A stretch of 63,432 bases of DNA, filler included, from Choristocarpus tenellus KU-1152 (Eukaryota > Protista > Phaeophyceae), in the NCBI GenBank assembly GCA_964200185.2. It is 8 parts of 8 records of this genome, joined end to end, with 100 filler letters (N's around TTAATTAATTAA, not from the genome) between each part and the next. Parts side by side here need not be neighbours in the genome. Positions count along the whole stretch, not along the records: positions 1 to 27,508 come from CAXNAD020000145.1; 7 more parts are not named here. The stretch is one strand, 5' to 3'. The notes below the pieces were generated by a model, which was given only the letters and a program-made list of their open reading frames with translations, did not search any database and had not been told where the DNA came from. Shown here piece by piece: positions 12,101 to 23,850 of this stretch; position 1 is the first letter of the stretch; every line of letters begins with the position of its first letter. The position numbers and the translations under genes are program-made.

Positions 12101-15100
12101 AAATGACTCCCACATCGTTGATGCTGCCATGCAATTTTATACACTGTACACAGTGACCAGGGCACTAACTAATAGCATATTATTTTTGATCTGTGAGCAA
12201 TTGGAACTGATCAAATATGGTCAAAGGATTGAATTGAATCTCTATCAGGAAGCAGACCAAGGTCAACTCTCAACTACCTCACCAGATGCAAGATCTTGAT
12301 TGAGCCTCTCACCTGCACAAAAATCTGCAGCCACTTCATCAAAATGCTCCCTTGGGTACTCTGGATCCATCTCAAGGGTAGCTTTATCCAAACGTTTTTC
12401 CTAAGGGGGAAAAAAGTTTTGGATAATTTGAAGAAGGTTCAATAAGCGAAGAATAGACCCCAAGATGAAAACAAGGAAACAATTTCACTAGTGTATGAAA
12501 TGAAAAATCTTAGAATATGAAAAAATTTGCAGGTGTAGCCAAACTGATTCGTACCTTGTCTTTGATGGTATCAGCACACCACTGCACAGCCCTTTGAGTT
12601 CTGAAAGGACTGACACCATGCAGAAACTCATACACCACACAACCCAGGCTGAACCAGTCTGCACATTGATCATAAGGGATTCGCTTGCCAGCACTGTCAC
12701 GGAGGCGCATCTCAGGAGACCAATCTGTTCAAAACCACAGGTAACAACGAGAAATTGGGCATGATCATGCTCCTGCTCAATGAACCATATCTACCCACAT
12801 TGTGCCCAGAATCAAGAGCTGATACCCACAAAATTTAAAGCACAGACAATTACTTACATCCTCTTGTGCCACAGGCTCCAGTAAGATTTGGCGTTACCAT
12901 GCAGGCCAAGCCCATGTCAGAAATGCGGGAGCGACCACGCTCATCAAGCATGATATTCTCAGGCTTGAGGTCTCGATATACAATCCCCTGTTGATGGAGG
13001 TGGCCAATTCCTAGGACCGTCCGTGCAGTGTAGTACTGGGCCATAGGCGGTTTGAAAACACCCTGATGTTGGAGATGAAAGCCAAGATCACCTATGCAAA
13101 GTTAAGAGCATCAACCACTAATTTACATCACTTCCATCCCGTATTAAAGATCATATTGTCAGGTAGATGGCTGATACCATAAATACAGATGTGTTCCTAA
13201 ATGTATAATGGGGGAATTACCGCAACATCTTGACAAGTCACTAAAGCATACCTGTAGACATAGCAAAACAAGATACTGTGATGGAGAGTATAGAAAAGTT
13301 AGCCCTTTCCACCCTCATGTCCACACTTACGTCCACTGCAAATACCAATGTATGTATTGGGACATCAGTCTAGTTTCCCTTTCCAATATCTCGTTATGCT
13401 GAGCAGATGCTTCTCATGATACCCATTTTTGTAAGTCCAAAAAGTATACGCAAAAAATCTCAGTTGAGTGTGAGTCACTCTTGGTTTGATCACCTAATTG
13501 AGCAGTGAGGTCATAAGGGCTAAATCTTTGGTGCAACTCATCAACTATCAGTGAGAATGAATTTAGGTTCAAAATACACCAGTGAGATTGTGAATCTGGT
13601 ATTACACCATAATAACCACTCCTTTATGTAATATGCAGTTTAACTCTGAATGTGCAATCTTGTCAAATTTTGACACACCAGTGTTCCACTGGGGCAGACA
13701 CAGCTATCTGCCCCAGTGGAACAGTGATATCTCAAAAATTGATCAGAGGCTGGGGACCAAACCCAGCATAATGTGTGGGTCATCACCCCAGTAGTTGCGC
13801 ACTCTCCTCCAGCAGTTGTCTCGATCCTGGAACCCTCTCTCACTCCATCTTTATCCTCCATATGCAGGGAGTTGGGAAAGCGACCCAGTCAGGCTTCGAT
13901 CCCAAAACCTCTGACTTTGTAAAATATTAAGATATGACTCATCTCAACTTACTGCCCCTGTGGAACAGTGGTGTATCAATATTTGACACATAAAATTTGT
14001 GATCGCATATAATATCAACATGAGGAAAATCACAACTGGAGAGGATCACAAACACACATATACAAAAGTTTGCATATACATGTTCCTGCATTGTTAACAT
14101 ACTTGAATGTATTTAGTTACTATCAACACTCTCATGAATAATACTATTCCATTCTTTGATACTGTAGTCATTTCTCCTATGTAATATCTGACTTAGATGG
14201 TTCCTTAACACAGCGTTTCAATTTAGGAAATGGTCATATTGTCATGGTGTTGAATTATTCGCGAAGCAATAATGGTTCTGATAGGTATTCAAATCCAAAA
14301 AAGGCTCACAGAATCCAGATTACATACAAATGTCAGTCTCTGTACAGCCATGTGAATACACCAAACAAAGAGCACTAGCCAGCAATATAGTCAGTGCATC
14401 TTGAAGCTTTAGCTGTGAAATGGGGAACACAGTTTTTTGACCACGATCAGCATACGTATCAACAGCTACATTATTTGAAGGGTGTATTACTGGTCATGAA
14501 ATGAAACCAGAAATGTAGGATTCAGAACCAAACCCAGCAGAATTTGCCTGTTACAACACGAGGTTACCGGTTGACTGGTGTGCAATGACTCTGCTCAATG
14601 CTACCTATGAGGAAGGTGCTCTGAGGACTTAAGAATCCTGCCCTGTGCTCATTTCAGCAGTATAGGACAGTGCAGACTGGAGACAAGTTGTCCTTTTTTA
14701 AAATGGCCATATCCTTTGTGATGCTCTGTGCTACAACCGTTGACGATGCTACTCATGAGGTACTCGAACTATGTCTGTGGCAACATTTGTTACACTTCAA
14801 ATAGTTTCATCAAGGCTTGATTCTTGCACAATAAATGGCATACCTCCAGTCATCAGATCGAGGATCAGGAAGAGGTCATGCTTTGATTCAAACGCATACT
14901 TGAGTGACACCTGTGGGGGAGTATCATGAAAGGCAAGGGTCCATAAAGTGACCTTATGTCTTATTGAAAAAACAGCAAAATGGTAGTAGCATAAGCAAAA
15001 GAGAAATAACTCCCTACAGAGTTAAATGACTCTAATAATCCATCCTATCAAGAAAACTCTCTAGGTGCTTACACTTACAAAATAAATCCACCAATGATCT

Positions 15101-18100
15101 AATTGACGTAAATGAAGAACAAAAATATACATAACTGCAGTTTTGGCAAGCAGGTTTCACAGAACGGTTTATGACACACAAGACTCACCACAAAGGGGCT
15201 TCGAATCGCCTGCAAGATGCGCCGCTCGTTCCAGCACAGGTCATCTGACTGGCGGATCTTTATCCGTCGCTTGTTCATCACCTTCATGGCAAACAGCTTG
15301 CCAGATGCCCCACGTTTGCATCCTGACCATCCAAATACACATGAAGCAAACAGAAAACACAAATCAGAACCAAAAGTTCAGATTTCTGTCATACCCTAGT
15401 CCCTGCAAACTAGTTTTCAGTGGTTAATGTTCTTCTGGCACTAAACACAAGCCAGGTTGCATACACCTTGATCTCACAAACATAGTGAACAGCACCAAGT
15501 ACATTGCACATTCATGGAGAAAAGTACATTGAACAGTGTGCCATACGACAAATGAAAGGATTTCAACCAAATGAAAACCTTCAACAGAAGGCACACATGA
15601 GTAGCAGAAAAAATTACGCTGTTACTCAGCTCAAGCAATTCAATGTAATTCTTGTAGTGTTGTGAATCACAGAATACATAACATTGAAAATGAGGGTTTG
15701 ATTGTTCTGTTACTTTTATCTCAAATATGCCTGGTGCACACTCTGCTCTATAATTGTTATTGTCTTGCCTCATCCTCTGCAGGCTTATCTGGATTCCCGA
15801 TACACTACAACACTACATTGAAAGGTTTTGGGTTGATTTGATTTAGTAGATCTATTATACTCACAAAACCTTACAATGTACAATACTAGAAGAACAAAAA
15901 GTACAAAAATATTAACTGTTTCAACTATTGCAGTGTGGTCTGTTTAATAGTGACTTGTTTCATAATCAAAATCAAAACGACCACGGAGTTTAAAATTCAT
16001 GATACTATTAAAACTTCAATTGTTTCTGGGAATGGGATACCATACCAGGATTTTGAAATCCTCCACTGCAATATTCTATCAAAACATCACATATTGCAGC
16101 ATCATGTATAGGGAGCAGGAACAAAACTCGCCATTCACAGCCCCAAATCCCCCTCTCCCAAGCACCCTGAAGAGTATGAAGTCGCTCTCACTGACTGGTT
16201 TCTCCTGCAAACACAGAAATTTTACATACTCATTGAACTGGTCTGACAAAAGGAAAGGAGAGTGCAGCGTATCCTGCAGGTGTGCAAAGACCCAGCCCTC
16301 CAGCACATCAAACAGCTCAGGTCTGTACTCTCCATTGACCTCTCTTGCATGCCCTGAAGGTCCTGACCTTGGCTGCTTTTCTCTGACACTTCCCAAACTA
16401 GTCCTATCTGTCCGGTGTCTTCCCTCATCAGATCCTCCCTTGTTGATTGTGACCTCAGGCCTGTCAACCTCACTAACATTGGATCCCTTGCAGGAACAGA
16501 CACCAGGGTTACAGTTAGCATAAGTAGTGCCAACACTGCTTTGGTCACAGCAGCTGTCGTACTGCGTATAGGTCTTATCCATTGTGACACATTATCTTTT
16601 CATCTTCTTGGCTACCATGATTTGTGTTCCAGGTATGCATGGTTAGATCTGAGGAACAAATTACATGTCCAAATCTCCCACACGATCATCTGTGGGACAT
16701 GTTGGCGCAATTATCATTGACTATGATGCGGCAGACTTTGACCAGACAGTTGAGTCTAAAATACTCTAGAAACTTCATGATGAGAGTTGAGCAAGTTGTA
16801 TGTTTATAAAAACCCTCTCCAAATCAAAGTCTAACAGGTACTCCAAATGAACCAAACACATCTCTTCCAGGACTCATAGTAGAGTGCATGAGCATAAGAC
16901 AATAGATGCAGTTATGATGGTACACAAACCAGAAAAATGGTTACAAAAAGGTAGCTTATTAATGGCTAGCAAAGGCCATTGGACAGCTAAAAAAAAAATC
17001 CTTGATGCTAAAAGTATAGAAAGATTCTAATACGCCAAGACGACCTAATTTGAATAGAAATAAAAGAGATTCGGGACAAGCATAACTTTTATGAGACAAA
17101 GTCACTATGCGTAGCATAGGAAACATTGTTTAGTGTTTATAAAGGAAGATATATGCAGTAAAATATTAAGATAAATTCTACATACATAGAAAACATCTAA
17201 AACAAATGAATCGAGTACTTAGCTATAATTGAATTATTCAGAGAAAACATGGTTTTGATTACATAATTCAATACATTGATGATCATATTATAAAAAACCC
17301 AGGCATTTGGAAGCCCTCCACAACACCTATGGAGAGCAATTTATCAGGACTTTTGTTTGCACCCAAACCTGTTGGGTTTGGATCAGTGCTTGACAGAATC
17401 AGCATCACTGCCACTAGGCAGCCATGCAAGCTTCCCAAAAGAACTAAAAAATAGGAACACAACTGTCAAACAATGCGAAGATGCTTTAGGAGTCAACGGC
17501 TATATCAGATGTGTATGCTACCTACGTTCAAGTATGTACCCTATGTATGTAGGACCAGTTCCACAGTAGATTTACTTAAAACATATTGTAAGGGGGTAAT
17601 ACCTCTTCAAACGTGGAAACCCTTGCACAAGCGCACAACAGATGTCAGTCAGAGCACTGTAAGAATGTATCAGGTCACATGGTCATGGGTGAAGTAATGA
17701 CAATCCACCCCATTGCAAATGTAGGCATAGGTGGTCATGACAGCCATGGTTGGAGTGACAGCAGGCGAAGATATCTGCTGAGACATCCTCTCATATGGGT
17801 GTCATAATGAGCTGGAAGAGTCAAAATATCACCCGAGAAGCTCTCATCACTCACACAAATGTGTGGAGCTCATACTTACATCAAGATTCAACAATGCTCA
17901 TCTTTTTTGGAAGTCAGATAAAAATTATGTGTGTGAAGATCACAAAACTACAAGAAACACTAATTTTGGGGGTCGTTTCAGTGATGTTGAGGGATGGAAC
18001 GGGACTATTATCTGTTGGTTGTTGACAAGTTAGAGCTGTAATCGCATGATATCTTGATACTTAGCCTAAGAAAAAAGTGTATACAAGCATCCCCCAATGC

Positions 18101-21100
18101 AGCAAAGTCAGTGTTATCTATGGCATGTCAACAATTGCCTCAAACACACCTGTGTATAGTGAGGTCAACAAGGTTTAGAAATATAATAAAACACAAAATA
18201 ACCATAGTTGAACCAGCCACATCCTCTTTGTGCCACACATCATACATTGTGTGGTACCTCAAGGTAAAACCTGATCATGCCAAAATGACCAAGGTGTATG
18301 TTAAGCAACAGTTCTCCACAGCAAGAAATAAAACAGAGAGATATGAGGGTGCTCCCCAGGTGTAGCAATCACCCGGTAACCAGGTACAAAATATTGTAAA
18401 GGTGTGTTGTGACTGGTCTAGTACATAAAACTTTAAAGACTTTTCTACGTCAATCTAAACTCCATAAAATTTGTACACAGTCATCATCAATTCATAAAAC
18501 ACTAGTCAAAAGCTTCTTGCTTGTCCCAAGCTTGTAGTCAGGTTCAACTCCGGTTAGTTTGCTTGTGAATTACTTCACACTTAATCATTATAGGTGCTCT
18601 TTCCTGTACTACAGTGTACTTCTGTTGCCTGACCACCATCTGAATAAGCATGTAGACATGCACAGTTGATAAGTCAAAACTTTATGAAGTGGCCATGAAT
18701 GTTTACTTCAAAGAGAGTCTTCACAAGACAAATTAATGCATGAGGTAATGATTTCTTGGTTCCTCATGTAAAATGAGTCAGGTACGATACAACAGCTGCA
18801 ATCCAAGAAGTACAGCCTTACCGCTGGGGAAAAAAACTGTGTTAAAATAGTCCTTGCCAAAATCTCTACAAAACCAAAAAACAACCCCATGTACAGAATA
18901 ACTAAATGCCTATGTGCGGACTGTACGTGGATACGAGAGCCTTTTCCTTGCTATCAACTGGTAACACAGTAGTGCTCACTGCCTATGGCAAAACACTCTT
19001 TATCAACCATATTCTTGTGACATCGCAGATAAGTTCACTGACAGTAGGCAGATTTGCGTGGTATCAAGATGGCATCGGCAAATAAGGTAAAGCATGCTCA
19101 AAATGGTTCTAGTTGTTTGACATTACTCTAAAGAACCTAATATGTCAATAGGTATAAATCCACACCTATCTCAACAAATTATACCATACTCGGGTATATG
19201 AATACATACGAGCTCAACAGTAAAGGCGGGTCCAAGTAAGAAGGAGCAATCGATACGTCAAAAATACCACTACAATTCTTCGAATTAAAAAAAAAAGAAT
19301 GAAAGTTGCTTTGCCCTGATGTTTTATCACTCAGGACAGAAAGACTCCATCCACCTCAGGGAGCTCAAACTCAAGGCACATATCATTCTCGCAGCTCCAG
19401 ACTTCACCCGGTTCATAATGGTGTCCAAATCCACTTAGAGTCAATCCAGGTGAGAAAAAAGAACTTTTCATATTCAGTCCAAACTTAAGGTGGTTTGTCA
19501 TCCATCACTCCACCCAAGTCTAAATAGATAATAGCTTACCAACCATACTTCCAGTTATACTTCAGACTCAACATTCCCTGTCTCGAGAGAGATAAATTGT
19601 ACACTTAGTATGTCAATGTGTTGCCCAATTAGACGTAGCTCTGCAGTTGATTGCAAGTGAAGCTTCTACATTGTTCTAACAGGAACTTTGTCTTGAATGA
19701 GGATCTTGTTCCCACCTACTAATCAACAGAAGAGTGGAAACCCTTTGCAAATCACCTCTAGCATCATAATGGGGGTGGGGGGACACTCTAGATGGGCATC
19801 ACAACTCACCCGCAGTAACCGCAATAATTGCTCAACCTCTTTCCCAGCAACTCCAAGGCGGTTACCAACTTGAGGGCCTTGAGTCACCCGTATTTGTGCC
19901 TGCTCCAGATCTATGCTTTGTGTGCGCTTAGATACTCTTCTGCGAAGATCTGAATTATCCAAGCATGGTGTCTCCTGTGGAATGAGCCCACAATTAAGAC
20001 AACAATGAGAGATTGCTAGCATGTTAAAGAAATGGATGTTTCCAAGACTTGTGTATCTAAATAACCCGATTATTTTCTTATTGTGTAGAATAGGTTGTAC
20101 ATGAAGTAAGGAAGGTGAAAGGGGGAGTGAACATCCAAGCCCAAAAGGGGGGGGGCTTCTCACCTTATTGTTCATGTTTTAATAACTCATCACTCATTCT
20201 GTTTCACTTGCTACAACCTTCTTTTTCTAGGATTCTTCTTGTTGTAATTAATATAATAACCCAAATAGTATTCTCATGGTCACTCAACAGAAAAAAATCC
20301 TATCAATTGTCTCATTATCGAACAATAGTCCAACAACTGATTGTCCTACAGAATTTTCTTTTACACATAATAAAAGCATACTCTTAACAGCGAGGCATCA
20401 AAAGTTGTGCACCACTCGAGAAGTCTCCTCTCAAAGTTCTTCCAATATGAGCAGATGTAAGGGTTTGTAGGAATTGGGATTTTGAACGTAACGACCAACT
20501 CTTAGCAGACTGTGTAGGATTGGGTTCTTGCAGCTAATTGTTAGTGATGGAGCACACTAAATTAGTTCGTCAACAGTCAGCATGCAGTGTGTCAGAGACA
20601 GTGAGTAGGAGGATATGTGGCAATATTGAGCAGACTACAGAAGGTTATGGCACTCTGTAGCACTGTACTGTGGTTTGTAGCACTACATATCAATCTAAAG
20701 CACTGTGTAACAGAAGGGAATTCCTGTATTTCTGAGGCCAGATGGGGAGGGGGGCAGGAGGGTACTGTATCCGAAATTTCAATCCATGCAACTCCTTGCC
20801 AGCATTATTGCATACCTCTTGAATGCTGAAATTCCCATCAGCCAGATACTTTCGAAGGATGGCCTGAGCTTGCTCTTGTCGTTGGTTTTGTCTTCGAAGT
20901 CTCTGAGTGGAGTTTGTGGGTACAAGTAGTGCAGCAATAACTTCAGAGCACAACTTTTACAATCAAGTCGCACTGGCACATGTACTTTCCGAGGTCAGTG
21001 TTGATAAGTATCCCTGAAACTTTACACATTTATGAAGTTGCATACTCATAGTTGGACTGGTTGGTGGAAACCACTGCAAATGCAAAGTGCCCCACAACTT

Positions 21101-23850
21101 AATCGTACATGCCAAAAATTGAATGAATGGCCTCAACTCTCTCGTGCCATTTCTGATAAATCTTCCTGCAAATTGATACCCCTTGAAAAGAGATCAATAG
21201 AGTGTGATAAAGATCTTCCTCTCCAGGTCAAGTAGACTTGTTGTTCTACTTAGTTGCATCATTCATGAGCAAACAACTAGTCACTCACTATTCAATTTGC
21301 AGGTTACGCACTCTAACTCTTGAAGGGTTCACAAGAAGGCAAGATATGAATGCGAAATGATACTCATTTCAGCCAAACCTTGAAAATGTCAAAAACAAGA
21401 GAACACACAGCAAGAGATGTATTTGAAGTAGATACTAGCTAATTAACATATGATATAAAAAAGATGAATCACTGTATGCAGTACAAAACTCCCAGTAATA
21501 AAAACTCCAGGGTTTTCCACAGCATCCTGCCGAGGTACAGTGTGGGACTCTGGGTGGAGTCTGAGGCTACAGTACCATAACCAAGTCTGGGGTCCTAGTG
21601 ACTCCAGGGATGAGTTGGCTCAGTGCTCAAGGTCACACTATCCCATGTCTGAGTTCATAGTTCACCTGTTTTGAGTCTAGTTCTGGGTTCAAGGTCAACA
21701 GTTCCAAACCCTACTACACATTGTGAGTCAGTCGCAAGTTGGGTATTTATTGAACGTACAGAAAATAACAATGGTGATAAGTGAACCACTCCAGAGCCTC
21801 TATGAGTTGGAACATCAACTATTTACCACAGCAACAATATGAACGATAGATTTTAATACCAAAGCATGTCCATATTTTTTTTTCTCTGCAAAAAATATCT
21901 CAACATCCATTACAGTTTGGTGTGAGGTCATTTTTCTAGTGTTAGTACAGGTATCATACCTACAATGCCATGTTCACATCAGGTATGAGTTTGAAATGAA
22001 CCATAAAATCTGTATATTACCAGTGGACCACATTATGAAGGGTAGGAAAACTCGTAAAAATATTTTCAAGTCTTCAATTTACCAATTTTGTGGACAAACA
22101 AAACTCATTTATTTCATTGAAGTACCAAACAAACTTAATCAAGATGAATGGAAATAGATTAGTAACATGCTGATGTCTTGATAGAGGTCAGGCATAGAGG
22201 TCTTAGATACACAAGGGGGTATGGCACAGGTTCATAATTTCACTTGGAAATAAACAATATACCAGGCAACAATACCATCACTGTTGCCATGGGTACACAA
22301 GAGGGACAAACTTTTGCCTGAAAAAGCAGACCTAGAGGACATGGATCTACAACATAGTGCAGGACTGTACAGGTTCAGCTGTAATTTTATCATAGCAGAA
22401 TCGTATCAGCAATAGTTGAATTAGAAGGGTAGTACACACAAGATACTAGGATTTACCTTGGCCTGCTGTATGTTATGGGGTACATATCAATAGAAATTTC
22501 TCGATTTTCTTGTTGTAATGTTGCCTGCATTGGATTACCACTGCAGCAAACAGCAGCACCAGCACCACAATTCCAATGCTTCTTCAGCGCAGTAGTACAA
22601 ACATGTCAAGATGTTGAAATACGTAAGTCCCTGAGTGGTCATCATACTGACACTTGCATTTCCCACTAACTCGCCTACGACTTCTTTCCACACACTAATC
22701 CTTTGTCCTCCTAATATAGGGAGTTGGGGAAGCGGCCAAGCCGAGAATGGAATCCACATCCTCTGTGATGTCAAGGTATTGAGACACAACTGTTCCATCG
22801 GGGCATAGTAGTCGCGTGTGAGACTAGTGGGGCTATGGCCCACAGATTAAGTTGAGAAGTACCCTAGTATCTGATGTTGTGTAAATAATGAGATGCCACG
22901 AGAGGCGTTTGTCCTGAGGTAGATAAGTGCCATGTAATGCAGAGATATATATCTAAACATGTTGACAAGCCAAGTCAGGTGGATACTACCCATAATCTTC
23001 CCCCAAAATATCATTATGCCTTGTTTGTCTTTCCTCTCAAGGTGTGCTCACAACGCCGGAGTCAACAGCAGGAAATAAGTTCTCTTAACCGCACAAGTTC
23101 ACATAGAATACTTAAATCGTTTTTAAAACGGCACAAGCACGGCTGGAAACAGTAACAACGTTAAACAAAAATTAGGGACCCAACTTTGTACATTGGGCTC
23201 TTAGTCCAAGACGTCAGCTGTACATCCTTCCATCTGTCTCCGTATAAAAATTATAATTGCACACTCAAGTGCAGTCAGAATCAATAACGTGGCCTAAACT
23301 TAATTGTGTTCACAACGGGATGCAATGACAAAGTCGAAAATGTGGCAAGGTTCAGAAATCCACCACAATTGCTGCACCACTCGGGTCCGAAGTGAAGCAG
23401 TTGATCCTCCTACACACACACACACCATGATCAACTCACCCGATAGCGAATGATATCCAACATGAAATCATGCTTATCCTTTTCCTTGTTCTCCGCACAG
23501 AACTGTCCAAACTGCACAACGTTCCATTGAAAAAGGGATAGAAATAACCTTTCAGAGAGAAGGGCAGAGAGAGGTGAAGGCATACTACAAGTACTTTGTA
23601 GAACGAGTTGCACAGAATCAATATGAACCTTCGTTCACCCCCAACGCACAAGGTACATCCCAAGAATTCCAGAGCACACGTTCTCCAGTTGGAAAGAGTC
23701 TGGATTGACTTTGAGTCGCTCTGCGCTGAATTCTTCCAGCTCCTTATCAGTGGAAAAGGACCATGGATCCGTCGGTCGCGGTCCACTATCCTTCGAGTTC
23801 ACGGCCTGAAGATATTGCACGTCCTCTATTGCATCCTGCAATTCCTCCAT
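6110..23850 (-). CDS. GRK: G-protein-coupled receptor kinase-like AGC kinase (alphaN + RH/RGS + kinase + CaaX); exons 23850-23650, 23511-23440, 20902-20816, 19974-19810, 16486-16132, 15322-15189, 14910-14844, 13091-12858, 12724-12555, 12400-12313, 6767-6574, 6265-6110 (~640 aa)
   Basis: N-terminus MEELQDAIEDVQYLQAV resembles the GRK2 alphaN helix. RH segments: MYLFGQFC..FMLDIIRYR and QAQAILRKYL. Kinase motifs: LGRGGFGAVNGCK, FAMKVMNKRRIK, YRDLKPEN, SDMGLA, GTRGYWSPE, ADWFSLGC. AGC tail: PFLPNKDINAA..IGSF and FQQEVV. All intron phases are compatible. The exon-5 acceptor (AAG) is the least certain, and an extra exon in intron 4 is possible. Confidence 0.9.
10000..10870 (-). mobile_element. Degenerate retroelement gag remnant in GRK intron 10
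   Basis: A frameshifted CCHC knuckle C..[fs]HNCGKKGHNMAEC at ~10345-10300 is preceded by broken helical ORFs (10612-10866, 10333-10560). Confidence 0.5.
13661..13988. mobile_element. 328-bp element with 37-bp terminal inverted repeats (4 mismatches) in GRK intron 7
   Basis: tgtcaaattttgacacaccagtgttccactggggcag versus ctgcccctgtggaacagtggtgtatcaatatttgaca. No TSD seen. Confidence 0.6.

Noticed and set aside
22440-22850. Additional GRK exon in intron 2
   Set aside because: Exons 2 and 3 already join in phase to give a continuous RH helix, and this region has no matching motifs.
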